64,000 nucleotides of DNA from Tubiluchus corallicola (taxonomy: Eukaryota; Animalia; Priapulida): the NCBI GenBank assembly GCA_030141605.1, contig JAQGDQ010000139.1, forward strand, positions 434,001-498,000. The letters run 5' to 3'. Below the pieces are notes generated by a model. The model was not told the DNA's origin. It ran no database searches and worked only from the letters and a program-made list of their open reading frames with translations. Below are positions 12,601 through 24,600 of this stretch, in pieces; the first letter of the stretch is position 1; the number at the start of each line of letters is the position of its first letter. The position numbers and the translations under genes were made by a program.

Positions 12601-15600
12601 ACTAAGCGAGGCTTATTTGTACGGTGAAGTTGTATTGTCAATCTATCCCAAGATACTTAGCACAAAAAACTAAATGGGCAACCTTTATCGTCCTTCTTTT
12701 TTGTAAGGCCTCGGTGGCCCACAGTTTCTAGAACAACTGCTCAATCTCTAAGCACTTTGTCTTGCGCTAAGCATCATCGGATAGAATCACAACGAAATTT
12801 AAAGTCAAACTAAACCTTTAGTATAATAATACGTTAAACTTCAATGTCTGTTGGGGTTGTACAAGTGTTGGCTCAGGTTCACAGTCTAGTCTCTGAGAAA
12901 TGTTCTTGATAATGAGGAAAGTCCCAGTCTCATCACAACCATCAACATTATGTGGACTTTATAGTTGATACTGGTATTCCAACTTGCAGATAAAGATAAA
13001 TCCTTTATTTTAGGTTTCTCTTTAAAAAATTGCAAGAAGATAAAAAGATAAAGAAATTAAAAAAATTAAAGAAGAATTATATAAAACTATTTATAGATAT
13101 TCAGGTTACACTATTAAAATAAATAAAATGCATTAGACACTAGCTTTTATAAACAACCCATTTCACCATTTTTGCCACATTGAAGATGCTTACGTCACAG
13201 CCTACAATAATGAGAAGCACCAAATTCTTTGACATTTTTAATCTAATCCGTACAATATAACACTTCCTCTTAAGTACCACCCAATTCAACTGTGTTTCTT
13301 CTAGCTGTGTAGGGATAACCAACATTGAAAAGTTTTTGCTAACACTTTGACGTAGGTGGCAACAATGTTTACCAAGTTAGTTTCCATGTAGCTAAAACCA
13401 TAAATTTTAGGTTCAAAAGCTTTAAAAACTGTCAATTCCACTACTGTGCTGCACTTTGAAAATATTGACACTAATACGTTAAGATTTTCTGGGTGATCAT
13501 GTCAGTGTCAACCCTATTATCATTAGTTAGCACATATCCTAGATATTTCTCTTTACGTGTACAACACCACATAAGTTAACTGGTGCAAAATTGATATCTA
13601 GCATGCATTTAGCTGTAATTGTCATTATTTTAGTTTTAGTTTTTGCTGTGTTAAAAATTTGATATTTTGCTCATTGCGAAAAGTAATCAATAATTGATTT
13701 TTGCAGTGTGCTGAACTGTTCTAAAGCCTGTTTGTATTGTTGTCAATGGTAGGTCTCTTTAATGCCTACCATAACATAATGTGTTATCACTTTGTTCGCG
13801 CCATTTGAAATTCTATCATTAGAATTACTAGAACTCATTAAAGATAAAATATCACTTTTGAGAATTGTTGTTGTTTTTAACTGCTGGGTGTCATAGGCTA
13901 CTTAACCGATAGCTCTGTTTAATAAAAAGGGAAACTGTAGAAGTTACAAAAATATAATACTTCATATTTGATCATGTACAATTTTCATATTTACAGGCTT
14001 TTTTAAGGAAACATAGAAAAATTTAAGAACATCTTTTAGAATGTAAAGCACAGAATCAGAATCATAATAATTTTTTTGCCTTCAAATAATTACTGGATGT
14101 GAATAGTTATAACAGTTTACAAAACTGAGAAAGGACGGGATGGCGAATTACCAAGTGGTCATCTAGTCTGATAGCCCTGAATAGTAAGTGTCACTACAGT
14201 TGCTGCATGGCAAGTAAAAAAAATGTTTTTAAATCATACATCATAATTTTTTTACCAATTTTGTGACTTCATTTGTTAATGGATAATAAGCACTGAGCTA
14301 TTGCAACTTAATGCACTTCTCACAACGTCTCACAGTTTCCGACTGGCCTCCCACAGTTTTTGTAGTTGTCTTCTGTATGTATAAACATGGTTAAGACAAC
14401 TGTGCAATTTAGAGGTTTTACATACAACACTGCTTTTGACTACTGTGTACTGACCTTAAGGAGGACACAATCTGCCAAATAGCTTTACAAATTTCTGAAC
14501 AAAACAGTGAAGTAGGTGAACGCTTTGATGCGTAAAAACTACATATCCCCAGAAATGCTTTCTCAAAACTGTAACAACTAATAAAGACAAAACTGCCTTC
14601 AAGACTCAGTATGCTAAGTGAGTATTATTATTAAATCTAGAAGATTAGTACAGAACAGAAAGTTTCTATAGTCCAAACAGTCTGCACACATTCTAACAAG
14701 GGGAATTTTCTTGCAAATTTCAAAAATGATGAGGAAATACAATCATAAAAAGCAGCAAAAAAATAAAACATAACCACAAAAACATCTAATGAAAATGGTT
14801 TCTGGTTAAGCAAAATGAACAGCATTACAAACAGTGAATAGAAACCTATCCAAGCTTACCTTTTTCGAAATGGATACCAAGTCAACCTTTAGCTGGTTCT
14901 GTACAGCATAAGCCACATGAGTTTGGGAACTACAAGGATCCAGGAAAACATCCATGCAGAGAACAAAATCATTAAAGTTCCTGAAATGCAAGTTCCAAAC
15001 TGATATGGAAGGTAAACATTTTTATCTAATTCAGGTTTAAGCAGTTTCTATAGACAGGAAAAGAACCAAAACTGCTCTTTACAATGCAGAAGCGTCAAAT
15101 TTGGGCTAGGACTTATCTGCGTATGAGATGCTAATGGATTGTGGTCTGCCAAACAGGAACATTCAAGTCACAACAGATGCTATGATTATATTATTTTCAT
15201 TGTGACATCTTCATCATATTTTCATCAAGACAGGTTTGTAAAACAAGTTTGAAAACATACTATCTCCACAACATGTCAAAATGTTGTGTTAAATGCATAT
15301 CTGATATGACATAACTTTTCTGCTTCATTACTGTTAATGCTGTGTTAGTTCACCAACCTCTTAAAATTTCTTTTTCCTTGGGAAGTTTTACTCCTTGATG
15401 GTGAAAAGTGTGTGAGTGTTCCATTCCAGTCTCCAATAAAAATGTCCCGTCGCGCAGTTGTCAAAATTGTAGTGATATACTCATTATGATCAAATAGTCT
15501 ACAAAAAAACCATCACATAAATAAAAGAAGGTTAGATATACACAAAAAATCTTACATTGAGAACTACTTGAGTGTGAGAGGAGAGAGAGAGAGAGAGAGA

Positions 15601-18600
15601 GAGAGATGGGGGAGAGGAAGAGAGGGGAGACACACACAGAGAGAAGACAGAGCAAAAAAAGAAAGAAGGAAGAAGAGCTAAGACATATTCTAAAACTTAC
15701 TCACTAACTACCATTTTTGAAAAGTCTTTCCACAAGTAGAGATTCCTTTCACAAACGATAATCAATCCACTGGTCGCACGATCAAAGCATATTCTACTAA
15801 TCTCTCTACTTGGACAATTCTTAACAAAATCACATAACTGCAAAAAGTAAACAAAATTCATTATTGCTTGCAGTACAACAACACTTTATAATGTCATAAA
15901 GATAGAGTAAAGTACAAATTAAGGCTCTGTAAGCACAATTTCTTATCTATTGAAAGTAAAGAGAACAAATTAAAAACTATAAATTACTGCAAGGTTTCTG
16001 ATATATTAGCATATTAAATCCAGATACATGCAAACAGAAATTGACAAGACACATAGTGCATGACGAAGAGCTGGAGATATAGACAGAATAGTATGCACTC
16101 TGGCAACACGCCAGCCTTATGGCGTACCTCCAGCAAGCACCGCATGTCAGGGTGTACTAAGGAATCTCACCCATAGGCAAAGAATTAACCGCTCCAAACT
16201 GCATCCTATCCTGTGAACATCTCTCTTGTGTGAACTGTTGTGTATTCTTTAGGCATTTAATAAATTATTAAATCTATACTATTATTGTTCGTCATATGTT
16301 ATGTGTGAGTGGCATAACTGAATTTCTCTCATCATTACCCCATTTTGGAAAATACACCATACTAGTTACCAGATAATGTAGTGATCCGCCACACGTCATG
16401 GACCATTAGTGAATCAAAACTTAACTTTTTATTTGAAAACGTGACTTGGAGGACATACTAAACAAAAATGTCTATTGACGTTTCTTTTGTATTGTTCAAG
16501 ATATTCCATAATTAGAATAAAATGACAGAGTTTCTCAACAAAACAGTTCTAGTAAAAGAGTAAAGAAACAATAAAGTAGCTGGTACCTGGAGCTTCGAAA
16601 TGATAGCTAAAAAGGAAGTAGAAAGATGGACAATGGTCATACAAAAGAATATATATATATTAGGTGACACAAAAATGTGCCGAAGATTGATCACGATACT
16701 ATAAGAAAGTAACTGCTTGACACTTTTCTAATGTCACTGATGTTACAGATTCTCATGTATAAACACCAAGACTTGAGGTCACTGCCTTACAGTTTTCTAG
16801 TGACACTGAAGTTTTAAGACAAGTTACAAAAATAAAGGCTGGAAAAACTTTTGCATGTCATTATTCTTAAAATTTACAGAAGTGCTCTATGTGTCCACCA
16901 TTTTCACTGCAAACTAGAAGAACGCTTTTCTTCCAACAGCTGATGTAGTTTCTCACTTCTTTAAGGGGTATGTGTTCCCAGCACTCAACATTTTTTGCCT
17001 TTTGTTTCTGTAAATGTGATTACAAGGCCATCAAACACTGTGTTTGTCTTTATGTAAAAATTCTGATGTGTTCTCTTCGAGATAGACTTTTGTTGCTGAA
17101 AAATGTTCTTGCATCACATTGTTCTTTCCTGTCTAACATTCTCATTTCTTCTAAACATGGGTATTCTTTTGTATGATTTTAAATACACTTGTTTTGTCAT
17201 CGGCTGTGTGGATTTCTGGTTAACAGCATGATTTTGTGAAATTTCTCATTGTGACTCAAAAGCACCAGATTTTTTTTTCGAAAGACTATTTTTAATCTAC
17301 ATATTCCTGATTTACTGAGGTGCACGCTATTCTTGGTCGACCACCTCTAGGTTTATTTACTGAGGTGCACACTATTCTTGGTCGACCACCTCTAGGTTGA
17401 TTCACTGAGGTGCACGCTATTCTTGGTCGACCACCTCTAGGTTGATTCACTGAGGTGCACGCTATTCTTGGTCGACCACCTCTAGGTTGATTCACTGAGG
17501 TGCACGCTATTCTTGGTCGACCACCTCTAGGTTGATTCACCGAGGTGCACGCTATTCTTGGTCGACCACCTCTAGGTTGATTTACCGAGGTGCACGCTAT
17601 TCTTGGTCGACCACCTCTAGGTTTATTTACTGAGGTGCACGCTATTCTTGGTCGACCACCTCTAGGTTGATTCACTGAGGTGCACGCTATTCTTGGTCGA
17701 CCACCTCTAGGTTGATTCACTGAGGTGCACGCTATTCTTGGTCGACCACCTCTAGGTTGATTCACTGAGGTGCACGCTATTCTTGGTCGACCACCTCTAG
17801 GTTGATTTACCGAGGTGCACGCTATTCTTGGTCGACCACCTCTAGGTTGATTCACTGAGGTGCACACTATACTTGGTCGACCACCTCTAGGTTGATTTAC
17901 TGAGGTGCACGCTATTCTTGGTCGACCACCTCTAGGTTGATTTACTGAGGTGCACGCTATACTTGGTCGACCACCTCTAGGTTGATTTACTGAGGTGCAC
18001 GCTATACTTGGTCGACCACCTCTAGGTTGATTTACTGAGGTGCACGCTATACTTGGTCGACCACCTCTAGGTTGATTTACTGAGGTGCACGCTGTTCTTG
18101 GTCGACCACCTCTAGGTTGATTTATTGAGGTGCACGCTATTCTTGGTCGACCACCTCTAGGTTGATTTCTTGAGGTGCACACTATTCTTGGTCGACCACC
18201 TCTAGGTTGATTTACTGAGGCGCACGCTATTCTTGGTCGACCACCTCTAGGTTGATTTACTGAGGTGCACGCTATTCTTGGTCAACCACCTCTAGGTTGA
18301 TTTACTGAGGTGCACGCTATTCTTGGTCGACCACCTCTAGGTTGATTTACTGAGGTGCACGCTATTCTTGGTCGACCACCTCTAGGTTGATTTACTGAGG
18401 TGCACGCTATTCTTGGTGGACCACCTCTAGGTTGATTTACCGAGGTGCACGCTATTCTTGGTCGACCACCTCTAGGTTGATTCACTGAGGTGCATGCTAT
18501 TCTTGGTCGACCACCTCTAGGTTGATTCACTGAGGTGCACGCTATTCTTGGTCGACCACCTCTAGGTTGATTCACTGAGGTGCACGCTATTCTTGGTCGA

Positions 18601-21600
18601 CCACCTCTAGGTTGATTCACTGAGGTACACGCTATTCTTGGTCGACCACCTCTAGGTTGATTCACAGAGGTGCACGCTATTCTTGGTCGACCACCTCTAG
18701 GTTGATTTACTGAGGTGCACACTATTCTTGGTCGACCACCTCTAGGTTGATTTACCGAGGTGCACACTATTCTTGGTCGACCACCTCTAGGTTGATTTAC
18801 TGAGGTGCACACTATTCTTGGTTGACCACCTCTAGGTTGATTTACTGAGGTGCACGCTATTCTTGGTCGACCACCTCTAGGTTGATTTACTGAGATGCAC
18901 GCTATTCTTGGTCGACCACCTCTAGGTTGATTTACTGAGATGCACCCTATTCTTGATCGACCACCTCTAGGTTGATTTACTGAGATGCACGCTATTCTTG
19001 GTCGACCACCTCTAGGTTGATTCACTGAGGTGCACGCTATTCTTGGTCGACCACCTCTAGGTTGATTCACTGAGATGCACGCTATTCTTGGTCGACCACC
19101 TCTAGGTTGATTCACTGAGGTGCACGCTATTCTTGGTCGACCACCTCTAGGTTGATTTACTGAGATGCACCCTATTCTTGATCGACCACCTCTAGGTTGA
19201 TTTACTGAGATGCACGCTATTCTTGGTCGACCACCTCTAGGTTGATTCACTGAGGTGCACGCTATTCTTGGTCGACCACCTCTAGGTTGATTTACTGAGA
19301 TGCACGCTATTCTTGGTCGACCACCTCTAGGTTGATTCACTGAGGTGCACGCTATTCTTGGTCGACCACCTCTAGGTTGATTTACTGAGATGCACGCTAT
19401 TCTTGGTCGACCACCTCTAGGTTGATTTACCGAGGTGCACACTATTCTTGGTCAACCACCTCTAGGTTGATTCCCTGAGGTGCACGCTATTCTTGGTCGA
19501 CCACCTCTAGGTTGATTTACTGAGGTGCACACTATTCTTGGTCGACCACTTCTAGGTTGATTTACTGAGGTGCACACTGTGAAGGATTTTAGGTTATTTC
19601 ATCACTAAAGTGTTCTCATTCTGTAACCCCCCCCCCCCATATACTGTCCTTTTAACTGCATTCAGATGTGTCTAGAGCTAGTTTACCTGGCTAGTTGGCA
19701 GTCTGTTCTTGGCTAAGAGAGTTGTTGTTGTTGTTGTTTTTTCTCAGTTAAACCATTTATTTGTCAAGAGTAGTAGAGCCATGATGTAAGTTTATTTTGA
19801 TTATTCAGTTTCACTTTATTATTAATTTCTTTGTTTTCTTTTTGGCTCAAATTAGTTTGTTATATTTTGTTATGATTTTTTTACAGATAAAACGTAATAA
19901 AGCTACTCAAACATGAATTTTTTTGACTTTGGGCATCATGAAATAGTAGTCTCTCACACACACTATTCTTGGTCGATCACCTATAAGTTGATTTCTATTA
20001 TCTCCCTTATATTGCATCTTTTTTATTATCCTATTCCACTGGTTAATTATTGATTTTTTTATTGCTTTGCTGCCATTCTATTGAGTGTTTTATATGTCAA
20101 CCTGGCAATTCTTCATTTGATGACTAGCTGACACTGTTCTGGCATTTAAATTGTTAATATGCAAAAGTATTTAAGTCATAACGTAAAAACTAAAAAAAAA
20201 ACTACAAATTTATGGCCTTCACAACCAAATAAATGTATCATAATACATGTGTATTGTGCTGTAAAAATATAAGACAGTTGCTTCTAATATTATTGTAGTC
20301 TAAACTTTGGCACATTTGTGATTCCACCCGACATGTTCATACTTCATACAAAACAACTCATGTGTGAATACTTCTTGGAGAAGTAAACAATTAACAGAAG
20401 AGAAATGTTGCTTTATTGCAAACTGTGAAAGGAATCTAAATTTACTGTAGAAGCCTCCAACCGAAATGATGTCATCTGACAGTAGATTCAGGATTTGTTT
20501 AATTGCACAGCATAAAAAAGGAATTCAGTCCACAGTATTTCATTATTTTTTTCATAACAACTAGACTGCTTTCCTACTATTTAAGGCATTAGCTATACAA
20601 TGTTTTTAAACGATTTTCAGCTGGTTATTTTTGTAGTTATTTATTCACACATCTGAGGTAATTAGATGCTACTAAGGCAGTGAAGGTGGAGCAAATTTAA
20701 GCAAAGCATTTATGTACTCTAATCATGGTGGTCTGTGATTTTATGCTTCTGTGATCTTCCCTTGTATTTTCCACTGGCTTTACTGCTGTGTTGTTTCCAT
20801 GCCATTCTTTTTAGTGTGATTTTTACCTTCTACATTTATCTGAAGATAAACTAACATTTATCTGAAGATAAACTATAACAGGTAGTTTGAGACATTGTGC
20901 TCTTTTGTGCTTGTGGTTTCTTTCATAATAAAAGTTTGATTCTCTCATCATCAGTGAAGATTTATTGCTTTTTTAATTATGATGAGATTCTTTTATTAAT
21001 GAATGACAGAAATAAAAGAGTTTTGCAAGTCAGCAAAAAAATACAAAAATGAATAACATAAAATACAATGTAAAGACAAGCAAAGCAAAGTGGAAAATAA
21101 CATGAACACAAAGAGCAATACAGTATATTAATGGATCACCTTGATTTTTGTTACCAGTTTTGCACTATCATGGCCATCAAAATTCCACAGCGCCACAATT
21201 CCATCAGAGCTGGCTGTTGCCAGGTTACTTCTCTGAATGGCCACATCTACAATTCTTGTTTCATGTTGATGCGCTGGGACTTCTGTATTTATATTCCACA
21301 TTCGAATGCTGTGGTCCAAAGAACTGGACAGCATTTTGTCCTTTTGGGTGATAGTCACTGATACAACGGGACCCTGGTGCCCCGAAAGAGTGAGCAATTC
21401 ATTGCCCTGCAAAAGAATAGGATAGTGAAGACAGTGAAAATACACTAAAAATCATGATAGCACTGAGACAGCTGAGGCAGCTCTTACAAAAACTTCGAAA
21501 TCCCAGTTGCGGCTACAATACACCAGGGTTCGGATGTAAGAGAGTAAGTTCTTAAAGTTCTTTAAGTTCCTAAAGTTATTGAGTTCTTAAAAAACTAAAT

Positions 21601-24600
21601 AATTCAACAAAAGTCAAATTTAACGAAGAAGAAGTAGATGAAGAATAAACAAAAAGGAGAAAAAGCAGTTATAGCAAAATTCACTTTAATACCTCATGAG
21701 TGCACCTGGTGCCACTCCATGTGCATATTGCCCAACTGGTTGCTAGGTCTTGTTGATACTATTAACATCCTAATGCAAATCTAATCTTTTCATTCTTCAT
21801 TATTATTCCATTACCTCTCTCATGACAACTCCACATTTTCATATTTTTCAGGCTTTCTTTTCTTTTATATTGTACCGTCTGCTCAGTTTTGTGGACAAGT
21901 CCAAAAAATGACAGTCACACAACAGTTGAACTATTAGATAAATTAAGATGAGGAAATCTCGTTGTTGGAATGGTTTAGAAAATCATGTACAGTTTGTAAT
22001 GGGCTCGTCATTCTAATGCTAGACACAGTCACTGTTGTTTAGAACTAGAACTGTGAAATCCCAGTTCCAGCTGCAAGACTACAGGGTTTAGAATTCTGAT
22101 GTCAGTGGTCAGATTTAAAGCTGACAAAGCCAGTTATTAATAATCAAAAAAGGCAAATAAAATCGCCATCAAATTTCATTTAACAACACATAAATAGAAA
22201 GTCAGGAAGTCCTGATAGAATAATACTAATGTCGAACTAGTGATGGATAGATGGTGCTGTGTCTCTAAATGTAAAATTAAGCATAAAACATCAATTGAAT
22301 TATTAAATTACTATTTTAATATATTACATCATAAAATAAACTAAATAATTCACACATATATTGATGAGACAGCTGTCTTTTAAGTGCCAAAGAGAAAAAT
22401 TGTACTCACAGCCTTACCTCAAGGGGCCGCCACAGTTTTACGCTACTATCGTCAGAAGCAGAAACTACTAAGACGTCACCAATAACATCTTTCTCTTTTG
22501 ATTTCTGCCTTTGTTCTTGGTTTTCTCGCCAGTCATGCAAGTCCATCTGTTTAGCCCAGTCACTAATAGGTTGCCATTCTTCAGTGTCTGCTTCTTCCTC
22601 ACCTAACAACAGCAGGAATGAACCTCACTTAGGATGTGTAGTGAAGAGCAAATGTAACCTAGGACCTAAAACCTCGTGGCTAGTAATTTATAAAAGGCAT
22701 GTGACTTTTACATCATCAACAAATCAAAGACGATATAGACTATTCTGATAAGCATTTGTAGTATATTACACATACAGTGCAGAATCCAAAAAACTATAAG
22801 ATATTTTTCGTTAATAATATTTTTAGAAAATCACAATTAAGAATATAGAAAAACATGACCTTTCAGTAACCTGACTCTGTCCTTTCAAGTAGCACAGAAA
22901 ACAGAGACAAAAAATTACAAAAATAACAGAAATTTTGTTCATTTAATGAAAAACAAGTTGGAGGCTCAACGCTCGCACTACAGATAGTGTACAACTTGTA
23001 CGACTCAAATCTCATGCTACAGATAGTGTACAACTTGTACGACTCAAATCTCATGCTACAGATAGTGTACAACTTGTACGACTCAAATCTCATGCTACAG
23101 ATAGTGCACAACTCGTACTAATTAAAAAAAGCTCACACTGCAGATAGTGTACAACTTGTACTACTCAAAGCTCATGCCGTAGGTAGTGTACAACTCGTAC
23201 TATTCAAAGCTCATGCCGTGGGTAGTGCACAGATTTTTTTTGTATACTTTGAAGCATTTAGCTCCAAAAAGGAAGTGGGTTATTTCCACTGACAAAATCT
23301 CGCAAACTGATATTTATGTTTTAGCATACGAATTACAAATGCAAAGCAAAAATTTTAAATGTAAAGCAATTTAAGCTGACAACAAAGATAGGTAAGTCTC
23401 TTTAATAATTCATATTCTTCCAATTTTTACATATGCATTTCTTCCATTTTTTATTAATTGATTCAAATCTCATCAATCAGAATTTTTCCATGTTGATAAA
23501 TTACATGACTTATATTTTAGGATGGTGTTTTTTGCAATAGTGACTTTAAACAGCAATCAGCTTTCAAATACTAACCACCATCTTGACTAGCTGTAATAGC
23601 AATATCACAGTCATTGATTCTCTGCGTATGTCCGATCAACGTGGTTATCTCAGCTCCCTTGTGTGACCAAACTTTCACAGTATTATCAGAAGAACCAGAC
23701 ACAATGCAGCCAGACTGAGAAAAAAATCGTGGACTAAGCAAATTTTAGCATTAGTGAAAAACAGTAAAATCAAACAGGAAAATATTTTGTTGTAATTAAC
23801 TGTTTATCAAATATATGTTAATGCCTCAAACAGTCTCTCACATACAATATTACAACGATGTTGCTAATTTAATTTTGTCACAATGATGTAAATAATAGGT
23901 GAAACAAATTGAACTTTGAACAATGTAAGTAAAGTTTCTTGCATCAAAATTCTAACAAGCCAGAAACATTAATATTTTGTGTAAGCACATTTACAAATTA
24001 AAAGTAACTAGTTGCTTCTTCTTCCTTCACACATTGACAAATTTGCAATGTAACTTAATCAAAATGTACTTATACACACGTATTTTCATTGTGTAATAAA
24101 TTCTACTCGATTTAATTCAACAAACTAGTACCTTAAAGGCTACAGAATTGACAGCTGCTTCGTGTCCAGAAAAACAGTGCTTTTCCTCGCCTGTTGTTGC
24201 ATTCCAAAGTTTGATTGAAAAGTCATTAGACCCAGTAATCTAGACAAGTAAATTAGAAATTAAATGCATATACATACTACACTAACTTATCTTAACTACA
24301 TTTGCAGACCTAGATTGCTAGAAATTTGCATTTCAATTTTTTATTTTATTTTATTTTAATAAGTTTATCTTATTAAGAACTGGACTAAAATAAGAATTGA
24401 ACATTATTCAATAACAAGAAACACAAAAACACGTTATGCGCTGGCAGCCATATTCCGACAATACTTTTTCCCCATTTAAATTCCATTAATGTTTGCCTAA
24501 TTATGTAATCAACAAATAACAAATTCATACTGTTTAAAATGAACAAAGACAAATGAGTATTACACTAGTTCACTAACCAAGACTGTGGCGTACATATGGC

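Noticed and set aside
17292-19442. 296-aa and 386-aa ORFs as real genes
   Set aside because: Pure translation of the minisatellite, with non-ATG starts and no flanking gene structure.
17308-19578. CRISPR array
   Set aside because: Units are contiguous 45-mers with no unique spacers, there are no cas genes, and the context is a eukaryotic intron.
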